46,900 bases of DNA from Planctomycetota bacterium (GCA_024711205.1 JANJTH010000259.1:1-46900); one strand, 5' to 3'. Shown: positions 1 through 10,238, numbered from the stretch's first letter. The notes: generated from the sequence alone by a model not told the origin. A program made the numbers and translations.

Positions 1-197
1 CCAACGCCCGCGCGATCTCGTCGTGCTCCACCCGCCGACCTCGACGCTCGCCCCGCCACACCACCGGGCCGCCCGCGCGACCCGCCCCTGGACGCTACCC
101 GATCCGCCCGGCCCGCGCCCCCCGCCTCCGGGGCGGCCCCGTGACCCCGGCGGCTAAGATCCGCCGGCCCGCCCCCTGCCAGCCGGGCCGAGGTCGC

Positions 198-3017
198 ATG
201 AGCCGTCCGTTCCCCGCCGTCGCCGTCGCCGTCGCGAGCGTCGCGGCCCCCGCGCGCGTCGAGGCGCAGGCCCTGTCCATGCCCGTCGCCGAGCGCACGC
301 TCGACAACGGGCTGCGCGTCCTCGTGCTCGAGGACCGCACGATCCCCAACGTCGCCCTCTACGTGGGCTGGCGCGTCGGCTCCCGCAACGAGGCCCCCGG
401 CACGACCGGCCTCGCCCACTTCTTCGAGCACATGATGTTCACCGGCGGGGCCCGCTTCGGCGGACGGTTCGACCCCGTCATGGAGGCGGGCGGCGGCGCG
501 AACAACGCCTACACGACGAACGACGTGACCGTCTACCAGGACTGGCTCCCGGCCTCGCTCCTCCCGGTCGTCCTCGACATGGAGGCCGACCGCATGGCGG
601 GCATGGTGTTCCGCCCCGAGACCGTCGAGAGCGAGCGCGGCGTCGTCGCGTCCGAGCGCCGGCTCTCCATGGACGACCCGACCGAGGTCCTGCGCGAGCA
701 GCTCTGGGCGACCGCCTACGTCGCGCACCCCTACCAGTGGCCGGTCCTCGGCTGGATGTCCGACATCGAGCGCTGGGAGCAGGCGGACCTCGAGGCGTTC
801 TTCCGCGCCCACTACGCGCCGCGCAACGCGGTCGTCGTGATCGTGGGCGCCGTCGACCCGGCCGAGACGCTCGCGCTCGTCGCGGCGAAGCTCGGCCACC
901 TCCCGCCCGGGCCCGAGCCCGCGCCCGTCCGCACGCGCGAGCCCGAGCAGCGCGGCGAGCGGCGCGTCGTCGTCGAGGCGCCCGGGGCCGGGCTGCCGCA
1001 GGTCATGTGCGCCTGGCACATCCCCGAGACGGCCCACCCCGACTTCCCGGCCTGGGAGGTGATCGAGCGCCTGCTCCTCCAGGGCGAGTCGAGCCGGCTC
1101 CACCGGCGGCTCGTCGAGGAGGAGCGCGTGTGCCTCGCCGTCGACGGCGGTTTTGCGGGCTACCAGGTCGACCCGAGCCTGTTCACGATCGAGCTGACCC
1201 TGCGCGAGGGTGTGGCCGCGGCGCGCGCCGAGGCGCTCCTCGAGGACGAGCTGACCCGGCTCGCGGCCGAGGGGCCGACGCCGCGCGAGCTCGAGCGGGT
1301 CAAGAACCAGCTCGAGACGTCGCTCCTCCAGGAGCTCAAGACGATCGGCGGGAAGGCCGGCCTGCTCCTCGACGCCGAGCTGTTCTTCGGCGGGTGGCGC
1401 CGGCTCCCGGCGCGCCTCGAGGCCGTCGCCGCCGTCGACGCCGACGCCGTGCGACGCGTGGCCGGTCAGGCGCTCGTCCGGCGGAACCGGACCGTCGCCC
1501 TGCTCGAGACCGACGGCGCGCCGAGCCCCGCCGGCGCGGACGCGGCCGGCGAGGCCGCCCCGGACGACGCGGCCGCCCGGGACGGTGACGGCGACGGCGG
1601 CGACGGCGAGCCGGACGACGCCGGCGCCGGCGCGGACGAGGCCACGCGGGCGCTCCTGGCCGGGCTCCCGCGGGTCGAGGGCGCCGTGTCGCTCCCGGCG
1701 CCGGTCGAGCGGCGGCTGGCGAACGGGCTGACGCTCCTGCTCGTGCGCGACCCCGAGGTCCCTTTGCTCACGCTCGTCGCGCGCGCGCAGGGCGGCGCGC
1801 TCGAGGACGCGCCCGGCAAGGAGGGCACGGCGGCGCTCCTCGCGGCGCTCCTCGGCAAGGGCGCAGGGGCGCGCGACGCGCAGGCGTTCGCCGAGGCGAT
1901 CGACTTCGTGGGCGGCGGGTTCGCGGCGCTCGCGGGGTCACGCTGGCTCGAGACGCACGTCGAGGTCCGCGCGCGCGACGCCGCGCTGGGCGTCGAGCTG
2001 CTCGCCGACGCGCTGCGCCGTCCGCGGCTCGACGCGGACGAGCTCGAGAAGGCCCGCGGGCTCCTGATCGACGCGATCACGGCCGCGCGCGACGACCCGT
2101 CGCAGGTCCTCGGCCGCTACTGGCAGCGCTGGGCGCTCCCCGGCCACCCGCTGGGCCGCCCGGCCGGCGGCCACGAGCCCGGGCTCGCCGCGGTCACGCG
2201 CGAGGACGTGGTCGCGCTCGCCGCCCGCGCCCTCGTGCCGTCGCGGGTGACGCTCGCGGTCGCGGGCGACTTCGACCCCGCGGCGCTCGAGGCGCTCCTC
2301 GCGCAGGCACTCGGCGACTGGGCGACGCCCGCCGACGCGCCGGCCCCGCCCGCGCCCGCGGAGCCGGCGCCGACGGCCGGCCGACGCCTGCTCCTCGTCG
2401 ACAAGCCCGACGCGCTCCAGACCCACTTCTCGTTCGGCGGGCTCGCCTTCGACTGGCGTGACCCCGACTTCGAGGCGCGCCACCTCGCGAACACCGTGCT
2501 CGGCGGGCGCTTCACGAGCCGGCTCAACCAGGCGCTCCGCGTCGAGGCGGGGCTCACCTACGGCGCGCGCTCGGGGTTCGACGACGTGCGGCGCGGCGTG
2601 TTCGCGCTCTCGACCTTCACGGCGACGGCGACGAGCGAGGATGCGATCGAGCTCGCGCTCGCCGTCTACCGGCGGTTCCGAGCCGAGGGGATCACGCAGG
2701 CGGAGCTCGACTCGGCGCGCAACTACGTCAAGGGCCAGTACGCGCCCGACGCGCTCGAGACGGCCGAGCAGCGCGCGGGGCTCCTGCTGGCGCTGCGCCA
2801 GGACGGGCTCGACCGCGCGCGCGTCGACGGATTCTTCGCCCGGCTCGACGCGCTCGACCTCGCCGAGGTCAACCGCGTGATCCTGCGCCTGCCGCCGCCC
2901 GAGCGGCTCGACGGGGTCGTGATCGGGCAGGCGAGCGCGCTGCGCCCGGTGCTGGCCGGGCTCGGCGAGGTCACGGAGGTCTCGATCAAGGCGCCCGGGT
3001 TCGGGCCGGGCGAGTGA
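198..3017 (+). CDS. Secreted M16 (pitrilysin/insulinase) family zinc metallopeptidase, fused catalytic + non-catalytic halves
   Basis: Track ORF 141..3017. HFFEHMMF (HxxEH zinc motif) lies in the N-terminal half. A second M16-like half without HxxEH follows an Asp/Gly-rich linker (DGDGDGGDGEPDD). In-frame ATG at 198 gives a signal-peptide-like MSRPFPAVAVAVASVAAPARVEAQA. GTG at 141 is an alternative start. Confidence 0.85.
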   Translation: MSRPFPAVAVAVASVAAPARVEAQALSMPVAERTLDNGLRVLVLEDRTIPNVALYVGWRVGSRNEAPGTTGLAHFFEHMMFTGGARFGGRFDPVMEAGGGANNAYTTNDVTVYQDWLPASLLPVVLDMEADRMAGMVFRPETVESERGVVASERRLSMDDPTEVLREQLWATAYVAHPYQWPVLGWMSDIERWEQADLEAFFRAHYAPRNAVVVIVGAVDPAETLALVAAKLGHLPPGPEPAPVRTREPEQRGERRVVVEAPGAGLPQVMCAWHIPETAHPDFPAWEVIERLLLQGESSRLHRRLVEEERVCLAVDGGFAGYQVDPSLFTIELTLREGVAAARAEALLEDELTRLAAEGPTPRELERVKNQLETSLLQELKTIGGKAGLLLDAELFFGGWRRLPARLEAVAAVDADAVRRVAGQALVRRNRTVALLETDGAPSPAGADAAGEAAPDDAAARDGDGDGGDGEPDDAGAGADEATRALLAGLPRVEGAVSLPAPVERRLANGLTLLLVRDPEVPLLTLVARAQGGALEDAPGKEGTAALLAALLGKGAGARDAQAFAEAIDFVGGGFAALAGSRWLETHVEVRARDAALGVELLADALRRPRLDADELEKARGLLIDAITAARDDPSQVLGRYWQRWALPGHPLGRPAGGHEPGLAAVTREDVVALAARALVPSRVTLAVAGDFDPAALEALLAQALGDWATPADAPAPPAPAEPAPTAGRRLLLVDKPDALQTHFSFGGLAFDWRDPDFEARHLANTVLGGRFTSRLNQALRVEAGLTYGARSGFDDVRRGVFALSTFTATATSEDAIELALAVYRRFRAEGITQAELDSARNYVKGQYAPDALETAEQRAGLLLALRQDGLDRARVDGFFARLDALDLAEVNRVILRLPPPERLDGVVIGQASALRPVLAGLGEVTEVSIKAPGFGPGE

Positions 3018-4051
3018 CGGCCGGCGCCCTGCCCGAGGCCCTGCGCGCGGTCCGGCCGCGCGAGGCGGCCGCGCGGCTCGCGGGCGCGGTCCGCCGGACG
3101 CCGCTCGTCCGGTTCGCGACGGGCGCGGGCGGGCCGACGGGGGTCGAGCTCCGGCTCAAGCTCGAGTGCCTGCAGGAGACGGGCGCGTTCAAGGCGCGCG
3201 GGGCGTGGAACCAGGTCTGCCAGCTCACGGCGGCCGAGCGCGCGCGCGGCGTCGTCACGGCGAGCTCGGGCAACCACGCGGGCGCGCTGGCCTGGGCCGC
3301 CGCGCGCGCTGGCGTGCCGTGCGTCGTGTGCATGCCCGCGGACGCGTATCCGAACAAGGTCGAGGCGTGCCGGCGGCACGGCGCGGAGGTGCTGCTCCTG
3401 CCCACGCGGGCCGAGGCCGAGGCCGCCTGCGCCGCGCGCGCCGCCGCGGGCGCCGTCGTGGTGCCGCCCTACGACCACGCGCGCACGATCGAGGGCGCGA
3501 GCACCGTCGGCCTCGAGCTGCTCGAGGACGCCGGCGCAGGCTGGCCGGTCGACGTCGTCGTCGTGCCCGTGGGGGGCGGCGGCCTGCTCGCGGGCGTCGC
3601 GCTCGCGCTCCACGAGGCCTTCGCCGACGCCCCGCCCGACGGCCCCGGGCGGCGCCCGCGGCTCGTGGGCGTCGAGCCGGCGGGCGCGCCGAAAATGACC
3701 CGGGCCCTCGCCGCGGGCGCGCCCGTCACGCTCGAGCGGATCGAGACGACCGTGCAGGGGCTCTGCCCGCCGCGCGTGGGCCACCTCACGCTCGCCGCCG
3801 CGCGGACCCTCGTCGACCGCGTCGTGACGCTCGACGACGCGGCGATCCTGCGCGCGCAGGCCCGGCTCGTGCGCGAGGGCGGCTGGACCGTCGAGCCGGC
3901 GGGCGCCGCGGCCGCCGCGCTCGTGCTCGAGGGCGGGCTCGCGGCCGCCCTCCCCGGCCTCCGGCCGCCGGGGCGTCCGCTCCACGTGGTCGCGGTCGTG
4001 TCGGGCGGCAACCCCGATCCGGCCCAGCTCGCGCAACTCCTCGCCGGCTGA
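3014..4051 (+). CDS. PLP-dependent threonine/serine dehydratase-family enzyme (tryptophan synthase beta-like fold)
   Basis: LQETGAFKARGA (PLP-lysine motif), SSGNHAGALAWAA and the glycine loop VPVGGGGLLAG. GTG start overlaps the upstream TGA (GTGA at 3014-3017). High GC3 in this frame. Confidence 0.8.
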   Translation: MTAGALPEALRAVRPREAAARLAGAVRRTPLVRFATGAGGPTGVELRLKLECLQETGAFKARGAWNQVCQLTAAERARGVVTASSGNHAGALAWAAARAGVPCVVCMPADAYPNKVEACRRHGAEVLLLPTRAEAEAACAARAAAGAVVVPPYDHARTIEGASTVGLELLEDAGAGWPVDVVVVPVGGGGLLAGVALALHEAFADAPPDGPGRRPRLVGVEPAGAPKMTRALAAGAPVTLERIETTVQGLCPPRVGHLTLAAARTLVDRVVTLDDAAILRAQARLVREGGWTVEPAGAAAAALVLEGGLAAALPGLRPPGRPLHVVAVVSGGNPDPAQLAQLLAG

Positions 4052-4134
4052 CGACGTGCGCACGCAGCGTCCGGGTACGGCTTGCCGAAACCGCACCAAT
4101 CCCCTACCTTATCGCCCTCGAAGGGAGGATTCGC

Positions 4135-4875
4135 ATGCAAGGGCTCCTGTCCAGTTCGCCCACCGACGCCGTCTCCGGGGGGGCGCCCGCGGTCGCAGAC
4201 ATCGGGATCTCCGAGCGGCTCGACTTCCTGCGCAAGACCTACGGGCTGTTCACCCTCGGGGTCGGGACCTCGGCCGTGGGCGCGCTCGCCGGGCTGACCG
4301 TCCTCTCGAACGTGTTCATGGGCATGCACCCGCTGGTGCTGTTCATCGCCTACCTCGGGGCCTACTTCGCCGTCTACGCGGTGCGGAAGGTCCCCGTCGT
4401 GAACGTGATCGCCATGCTGGCCTTCACGTTCATCAGCGGGCTGTTCCTCGCCCCGCTCCTCGCCCACACGCTGATCACGAAGGGGGTCGCGGTCGGGCTC
4501 GCGAACATCATGACGGCCTTCCTGGGCACGACGCTCGGGTTCGGCGGGCTCACGGCCTACGTCATGATCAGCCGCAAGGACTTCAGCTTCCTGGGCGGGT
4601 TCCTCGCGATCGGCCTGTTCGGCCTGATCGGCGTCGTCCTGGCGAGCTTCCTCCTGCCCATGGTCGGCATGAGCATGGGCAGCTTCAACCCGGCGACGTC
4701 GATCGCGTTCAACCTGTTCGGGCTGCTCCTGTTCAGCGGCTTCGTCCTCTACGACACCTCGAACATCCTGCACCATTACGCGCAGGACGAGTACGTCATG
4801 GCGGCGCTGGCGCTGTTCCTCGACTTCATCTTGATCTTCAAGTACCTCCTCCGGCTCCTCAACTCGCGCGACTGA
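4135..4875 (+). CDS. Bax inhibitor-1/YccA family inner-membrane protein
   Basis: C-terminal 246 aa of track ORF 3166..4875. ATG at 4135 is preceded by GGGAGGA (4123-4129). About 7 hydrophobic helices and the family-typical tail ...YDTSNILHHY...ALALFLDFILIFKYLLRLL. The upstream part of the ORF is Arg-rich shadow sequence. Confidence 0.85.
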   Translation: MQGLLSSSPTDAVSGGAPAVADIGISERLDFLRKTYGLFTLGVGTSAVGALAGLTVLSNVFMGMHPLVLFIAYLGAYFAVYAVRKVPVVNVIAMLAFTFISGLFLAPLLAHTLITKGVAVGLANIMTAFLGTTLGFGGLTAYVMISRKDFSFLGGFLAIGLFGLIGVVLASFLLPMVGMSMGSFNPATSIAFNLFGLLLFSGFVLYDTSNILHHYAQDEYVMAALALFLDFILIFKYLLRLLNSRD

Positions 4876-4879
4876 GCCG

Positions 4880-5836
4880 GTGCGGCGCGTGCTCCCTTCG
4901 AGCGCGGCGTCCGGCGGAGGCGGCCCCTCGCGGGCCGCCTCCGTCGTTTCCGTGCCGGGCGCCCGCCGCCGGCGCGCGGGCTGGCTCGTCGCGCTCGCGT
5001 TCGCGACGGGGTGCGCCGCGGGCCCCGACGCGGCCCAGGAGGAGCGCCCGCTCCGCGTGGCCGCGTTCGTAGGGCCCACGGTCGGGGCCGGGCTCGAGCC
5101 AGGCGAGGCCGGCGACCCGGGGCTCGAGACGGCCGAGGACGCGCTGCTCGAGGTCGTCACGACGCTCTCGGGCGAGCGCGACCTCGTGGCCGTGCTCGTC
5201 GCGGGGCCGCTCGTGGCGCCGGGCCTCGGCGTCGCCGACCCGGGCGCCGAGCCTGCGACCCCGGCCGGCGGCGACGACGACACGGGACCCGCGCGGGACG
5301 AGGCGATCGCGGGGTTGCTCGGCGGCCTCGGCTCGATCGCGGCGCCCGTGTGCGTCGCCCTCGCCCCCGGCGACCCGGCGGGGCCGCTGCTCGAGGCCCT
5401 CCGCGACGGCCTGCCGGGGCACCCGGGCCGCGCCGCGCATGCGCACCGGCCGAAGCAGGCCTGGCTCGACGCGGTCGCGCTCGGCCCCGCGGGCGAGGTT
5501 CCGGAGCCTGCGCGGTCGGATGAGCCCGGGGCGCAGGCCGACGCGGCGCCGCGGGCGCGCGTCGTCGTCACGGCGCTCCCCGCGCTCGGCGCGCGGGAGG
5601 CGCCCCCCGGGACGCTCCTGCTCGTCCTCCCGGGCGACGCCCCGGCGCTCGCGGTCGAGGCCGGCGTGGCGGTCCTTCGCCTGCCGCCGCTCACCCGCCC
5701 GCCACACCTCTACGCGCTCGCGACGGTCAGCCGCGGCGAGGTGCGCGTCGCGCTCCGCGCGCTCGACCCGGCCGCGACGCCGCCCACGCTGCCGCCCGCC
5801 CGGCTCGGGACGAGCGCCGCCAGCCCTGGCCCCTGA
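4880..5836 (+). CDS. Hypothetical lipoprotein (Ala/Pro/Gly-rich)
   Basis: High GC3 in this frame. Lipobox-like RRRRAGWLVALAFATGC near the N-terminus. No recognisable catalytic motif. GTG at 4952 is an alternative start closer to the signal peptide. Confidence 0.5.
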   Translation: MRRVLPSSAASGGGGPSRAASVVSVPGARRRRAGWLVALAFATGCAAGPDAAQEERPLRVAAFVGPTVGAGLEPGEAGDPGLETAEDALLEVVTTLSGERDLVAVLVAGPLVAPGLGVADPGAEPATPAGGDDDTGPARDEAIAGLLGGLGSIAAPVCVALAPGDPAGPLLEALRDGLPGHPGRAAHAHRPKQAWLDAVALGPAGEVPEPARSDEPGAQADAAPRARVVVTALPALGAREAPPGTLLLVLPGDAPALAVEAGVAVLRLPPLTRPPHLYALATVSRGEVRVALRALDPAATPPTLPPARLGTSAASPGP

Positions 5837-5851
5837 CGACCTGCTGGGCCT

Positions 5852-6805
5852 TCAGACGTCGGCGCGGACCCAGGCGACCGTACGGCGCAGGCCCTCCTCG
5901 AGGGGGACCTGCGGGGCGAAGCCCAGGCGCGCGCGGGCGCGGGTCAGGTCGGCCTCGGTCAGCGGCATGTCGCCCGCAGCGGGCGGGCGGCGGTCGAGCG
6001 CGAGCGGTCGGCCCGTCGCCCGCTCGATCGCGGCGATCAGGTCGCGCATCGAGTAGACGGCGCCGCCGCCTATGTTCACGACGTCGTACCCAGCACCGGG
6101 CGCGGCCAGGTCGACCGCGCGGACGACGCCGGCCACGATGTCGTCGACGTAGGTGAAGTCGCGGCGCACCGAGCCGTCGCCGAACAGAGGTACCGTCGTC
6201 CCCGCGAGGGCCGCGCGCACGAAGCGGTCGATCGACATGTCCGGCCGTCCCCGCGGGCCGTAGACGGTGAAGAAGCGGAGCGCGACGCAGCCGAGGCCGA
6301 ACGACTCGGACCACGACGCGCACAGGAGCTCGCCCATGCGCTTGCTCGCGGCGTAGGGCGAGAGCGGGCGGCTCGCCGGCGCGTCCTCGGCGAAGGGCGG
6401 GCGCGAGTCGCCGCCGTAGACGCTCGAGGACGAGGCGAACACGAGCCCCCAGACGCCGCGCCGGCGCATGGCCTCGAGCAGGACCTGCGTGCCGCGCACG
6501 TTCAGGTCGAGCGTGCGCGCCGGGTCCTCGAGCGAAGCCCGGACCCCGGGCCGGGCGGCCAGGTGCACGACGCGGTCGACGCCGTCGAGCGCGCGCTCGA
6601 CGGCGTCGGCGTCGCGCACGTCGCCCTCGACGAGCCGGACGCGCGGGCAAGCCCGCGCGACGGCCTCCGCGTTGCGGCGCTTGCGCGCGGGGTCGTAGTA
6701 GGGATCGAAGGCGTCGAGGGCGACCACCTCGTCGCCGCGCCGGTCGAGCGCCTCGACGAGGTGCGAGCCAATGAAGCCGGCGCCGCCCGTGACCAGGATC
6801 CGCAA
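5852..6805 (-). CDS. NAD-dependent sugar-nucleotide epimerase (extended SDR, UDP-glucuronate 4-epimerase-like)
   Basis: MRILVTGGAGFIGSHLVEAL Rossmann motif, catalytic YxxxK in SPYAASKRMGE, and length of 317 aa. Confidence 0.85.
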   Translation of the reverse strand: MRILVTGGAGFIGSHLVEALDRRGDEVVALDAFDPYYDPARKRRNAEAVARACPRVRLVEGDVRDADAVERALDGVDRVVHLAARPGVRASLEDPARTLDLNVRGTQVLLEAMRRRGVWGLVFASSSSVYGGDSRPPFAEDAPASRPLSPYAASKRMGELLCASWSESFGLGCVALRFFTVYGPRGRPDMSIDRFVRAALAGTTVPLFGDGSVRRDFTYVDDIVAGVVRAVDLAAPGAGYDVVNIGGGAVYSMRDLIAAIERATGRPLALDRRPPAAGDMPLTEADLTRARARLGFAPQVPLEEGLRRTVAWVRADV

Positions 6806-7058
6806 GATCGCCTCCGCGGGGCACGAGTCTACCCGCGCGAGGGGGGGCGAGCCCCCTGGCGCGACACCACGACGAGGGGAGTTCCGCCGCCCTGTGGAGC
6901 GAGGCGTGACCGGCGAGCGGGTCTTCTGCCCCGGCTGGGGGATGCGCGGCCAGGCCTTCCGAGGAGCTCAGCAGGCAGCGCGGCAACTCAGCCTGGATGC
7001 CTGCGGTTACCCTGGCTCCCCATCGGTCACGCGGTCGGGCGGACAAGCGGAGGCTCCG

Positions 7059-8954
7059 GTGTGCGGGTTCGCGGGGGTGGTCCGGGCACACGGCCTGCGC
7101 CCGGGGGACGAGGCGGCCGTTCGCGCCATGACGCGGGCGCTCCGCCACCGAGGGCCCGACGACGAGGGGCTCTTCGTGACGCCCCGGGCCGCGATCGGGC
7201 ACCGGCGCCTGGCAGTCGTCGACACAAGCGCGGCCGCGCGCCAGCCCATGCCCGACGGTCGCAGCCCCGGCGCCGTGCTGGCCTACAACGGCGAGGTCTA
7301 CAATCAGGGTGACCTGCGCCGGGAGCTCGAGCGGACGGGCCAGGCGTTCCGCAGCCACGGCGACACCGAGGTCGTCCTCCGCGCGCTCGGGGCCTGGGGC
7401 GCCGACGCCCTGCCGCGCCTCGAGGGCATGTTCGCGCTCGCGCGCTGGGACGAGGGCGAGGGGACCCTGCTCCTCGCGCGCGACCGGTTCGGCGAGAAGC
7501 CGCTCTTCTGGCGGCGCCTGGGCGGCCCCGGCGGCGCGGACGACGGCGTCGCGTTCGCGTCCGAGGCGAGCGCGCTCCTCCACCACCCCGAGCAGCCGCG
7601 CGCGCTCGACCGGCTCGCGATCGCGAAGTACCTCGCGTTCGACGCGTTCCCGGGCGAGGACACGGCGCTCGAGGGCGTGCGCAAGCTCCGTCCGGGGCAC
7701 GCGCTCGCCTGGGGGCCCGGCGGGCTCCGCGTCTGGCCGTGGTTCCGCCGGCGCTACGCCATGGCGGGCGATCCCGGGCCCGACGCGGAGGAGGCGGCGG
7801 CGCTCGTGTGGCGGCTGCTCGTGACCTCGGTCGAGCGACGGCTCATGAGCGACGTGCCGCTCGGGCTGTTCCTCTCGGGCGGCGTCGACTCGAGCGCCGT
7901 GCTCGCGGCCATGGCCGAGGTCGTGCCGGCCGGGCGGATCGAGGCGTTCTCGATCGGGTTCCGCGAGGCGAGCTTCGACGAGTCCGCGGTCGCCGCGCGC
8001 ACGGCGGCCCGGTTCGGGGCCCGGCACCGGGTCGAGACGCTCGAGGCCGACGCGCTGCTCGACCTGATCCCCGACGTGATCGACCGGCTCGACCTCCCGC
8101 TCGCGGACGCCTCGGTGCTGCCGACCTACGCCTTGTGCCGGCTGGCCCGACGGCACGTCACGGTCGCGCTCGGCGGCGACGGGGGCGACGAGCTGTTCGC
8201 CGGTTACGACACCTTCCTGGCCGAGCGGCTCGCGCGCCCGCTCGCGCGCGGCCCGGCCTGGCTGCGCCGGGGCCTGGGCGCGCTCGCGCGCGCGATCCCG
8301 GCGTCGGACCGGCGCGACGCGCTCCGCTTCCGGGCCGAGCGCTTCGCGCAGGGGCTCGTGCCCGACCCGCTCGAGCGCCACCAGCGCTGGTTCGGGGCGT
8401 TCCAGCCCGAGGAGGCGGCGGCGCTCCTCCGGCTCGGCCCGGCCGAGGCCAGCCGGGTCTACGAGGACCTCGCGGCGCTCGCGCCGGGGGCGGGCGAGCA
8501 GGCCGCGCTCGAGCTGTGGACGGGGACCTACCTGCCCGAGGACGTGCTCACGAAGGTCGACCGCGCGAGCATGGCCGTGTCGCTCGAGGTCCGCGCGCCC
8601 TTCCTCGACGCCGAGCTGGCCGCGTTCGTCATGGGCCTGCCCTACCAGGACAAGGTCCGGGGCCTCGAGCGGAAGTGGCTGCTCCGGCGCGCCCTCCGCG
8701 GCCGGATCCCCGACGAGGTGCTCGACCGCCCCAAGCAGGGCTTCGGCGCGCCCGTCGCGACGTGGCTCCGCGGCCCGCTCCGCCCGGAGGTCGAGCGCCT
8801 GCTCGCGCCGGGCCGGCTCGCGGCGCAGGGGCTGCTCGACCCCGCCGGCGTCGACCGGGTCGTGCGGGGCCACCTCGGCGGGCGCGACCTGCGCAAGCAG
8901 CTCTGGGCGCTGTGGGTCCTCGCGCGCTGGTGCGAGGTCCAGGGGCTCGCGTAG
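7059..8954 (+). CDS. asnB: Asparagine synthase (glutamine-hydrolysing) family amidotransferase
   Basis: In-frame GTG at 7059 is followed directly by Cys (VCGFAGV, the Ntn-amidotransferase Cys2), with GGAGG 5-10 nt upstream. HRGPDDEG and the PP-loop FLSGGVDSS are present. The track ORF starts at 6771, but that extension would bury the catalytic Cys. Confidence 0.9.
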   Translation: MCGFAGVVRAHGLRPGDEAAVRAMTRALRHRGPDDEGLFVTPRAAIGHRRLAVVDTSAAARQPMPDGRSPGAVLAYNGEVYNQGDLRRELERTGQAFRSHGDTEVVLRALGAWGADALPRLEGMFALARWDEGEGTLLLARDRFGEKPLFWRRLGGPGGADDGVAFASEASALLHHPEQPRALDRLAIAKYLAFDAFPGEDTALEGVRKLRPGHALAWGPGGLRVWPWFRRRYAMAGDPGPDAEEAAALVWRLLVTSVERRLMSDVPLGLFLSGGVDSSAVLAAMAEVVPAGRIEAFSIGFREASFDESAVAARTAARFGARHRVETLEADALLDLIPDVIDRLDLPLADASVLPTYALCRLARRHVTVALGGDGGDELFAGYDTFLAERLARPLARGPAWLRRGLGALARAIPASDRRDALRFRAERFAQGLVPDPLERHQRWFGAFQPEEAAALLRLGPAEASRVYEDLAALAPGAGEQAALELWTGTYLPEDVLTKVDRASMAVSLEVRAPFLDAELAAFVMGLPYQDKVRGLERKWLLRRALRGRIPDEVLDRPKQGFGAPVATWLRGPLRPEVERLLAPGRLAAQGLLDPAGVDRVVRGHLGGRDLRKQLWALWVLARWCEVQGLA

Positions 8955-8963
8955 CCCGGCCCG

Positions 8964-10238
8964 TCAGCGCGCCTCGACGAGCCCTCGCACGAACGGGACG
9001 AGCGCCTCGGCCACGACGCGGTGTCCGGCCGCGGTCCAGTGCCGATCGACCGGAATGAACATGAGCTCGCCCGCGGCGTGCGCGGCCTGCAGCGCCGCGC
9101 GCGGCTCGCACACGGGCACGCCCGCCGCTTCGACGCGCGCTCGCAGGCCGTCGTTGATCGCGCGCGTCCCGAGGACCGTCTCGGCCAGGCTGCCCTCGAC
9201 CTGGGCCGAGGTCGGCGCGATCAGGACGCCAAAGCGGACGTCGGGCCCGAGCAGGCGCCGCGCCGCCTCGCGCCCGGCCAGGATCGCCGCGGCGCAGCGA
9301 TCGAGGAGCTCCGGCCGCTGCATGACCTGATAGCGCACGGCGTGGCGCCCGTGGGTCCAGGCGAGCAGCCGCCAGAGCTTCGACCTGCGCGCGAGCCAGG
9401 TCTGGAACAGCCAGTGCTCGCCGAGCGGGCGGGCCGCCTCCAGGTCGGGCTCGAGCGGGACACGGCCCTCGCGCCAGCGCAGGACGTCGGTCGGGTCATT
9501 GGCCGGCGTGAACTGCCACAGGACGACGTCGGGGCGGAGCTCCGGGACGAGGACCTCGACGGTCGCGAGCTCCTCGACCGGCCCGTACGAGACCACCCCG
9601 GCGTTCCACACGCGCACGGGCCGCGGCGCGAGCGCACCCGCCAGCCCCTGCTCGAGCGCCGCCGGAAACGCCTCGTCGTCGAGCACGCCCTCACCGAACG
9701 ACATGGAGTCGCCCACGACCAGGACCCGCAGCGCCCCCTCCGGCGGGTCGGGCCGGTCGGCGCCGCGCAGCCCCCGCCGGTCGGTGTGCGACGGCACGGC
9801 ACGCCCCTCGGGCGTACCGTCCGCGATCGGGCGCACGAAGCGGTGGTTCGGCCGCGGCCAGAACCCCCGCGTGGGGTCGGCCAGGTACGTCAGGTCGTAC
9901 CCCGTCGGCGAGCGCCAGAGGAACGCGATGTCGGCCTGGTGCTTGCCCACCGTCTCGTGGATCAGCCCCGCCCCCAGCGAGCCACCGCTGCGGAGCGGCC
10001 CCCCGTCGTCGGGCGCCAGGCGCTCCCAGCGCAGGCGGACGAAGCCCTCGGCCGCCTGCGCAGGGACGACGAGGAGCGCGACGACGAGCGCCCGCCGCAG
10101 ACGACGCCGGAGCGCGGCTCGGCGGGCGATCGCGCGATCGCGCGCGGTCGGCCCGGGCGTAGGCTCCCCGGGACCGTCCGGCGTGGTGGCACGAGGCGCG
10201 GGGGAGTCGAGGGGATCCGTGCTCACAGCAGCTCCCAC
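8964..10238 (-). CDS. Membrane-anchored SGNH/AlgX-like hydrolase or O-acyltransferase (paralog 1)
   Basis: One N-terminal hydrophobic anchor (ALVVALLVVPAQAAEG), block I VLVVGDSMSFGEG, and block V-like PVDRHWTAAGHRVVAEAL (DxHW...G as in AlgX/AlgJ/DltD). GTG starts at 10238 or 10226. Confidence 0.75.
   Translation of the reverse strand: MGAAVSTDPLDSPAPRATTPDGPGEPTPGPTARDRAIARRAALRRRLRRALVVALLVVPAQAAEGFVRLRWERLAPDDGGPLRSGGSLGAGLIHETVGKHQADIAFLWRSPTGYDLTYLADPTRGFWPRPNHRFVRPIADGTPEGRAVPSHTDRRGLRGADRPDPPEGALRVLVVGDSMSFGEGVLDDEAFPAALEQGLAGALAPRPVRVWNAGVVSYGPVEELATVEVLVPELRPDVVLWQFTPANDPTDVLRWREGRVPLEPDLEAARPLGEHWLFQTWLARRSKLWRLLAWTHGRHAVRYQVMQRPELLDRCAAAILAGREAARRLLGPDVRFGVLIAPTSAQVEGSLAETVLGTRAINDGLRARVEAAGVPVCEPRAALQAAHAAGELMFIPVDRHWTAAGHRVVAEALVPFVRGLVEAR

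Noticed and set aside
3166-4134. 323-aa N-terminal extension of the BI-1/YccA ORF
   Set aside because: It is Arg-rich shadow sequence overlapping the dehydratase gene in another frame. ATG at 4135 has a strong SD and yields a protein of family-typical length.
6771-7058. 96-aa N-terminal extension of the AsnB ORF in the track
   Set aside because: Class II (Ntn) amidotransferases need Cys as the first residue after Met removal. GTG at 7059 followed by TGC, with an upstream GGAGG, fits this. The extension would also overlap the divergent epimerase gene start.
5727-8873. 1048-aa ORF antisense to the epimerase/asnB region
   Set aside because: Low-complexity Arg/Pro/Gly composition. The opposite-strand and alternative-frame ORFs carry clear SDR and AsnB motifs.
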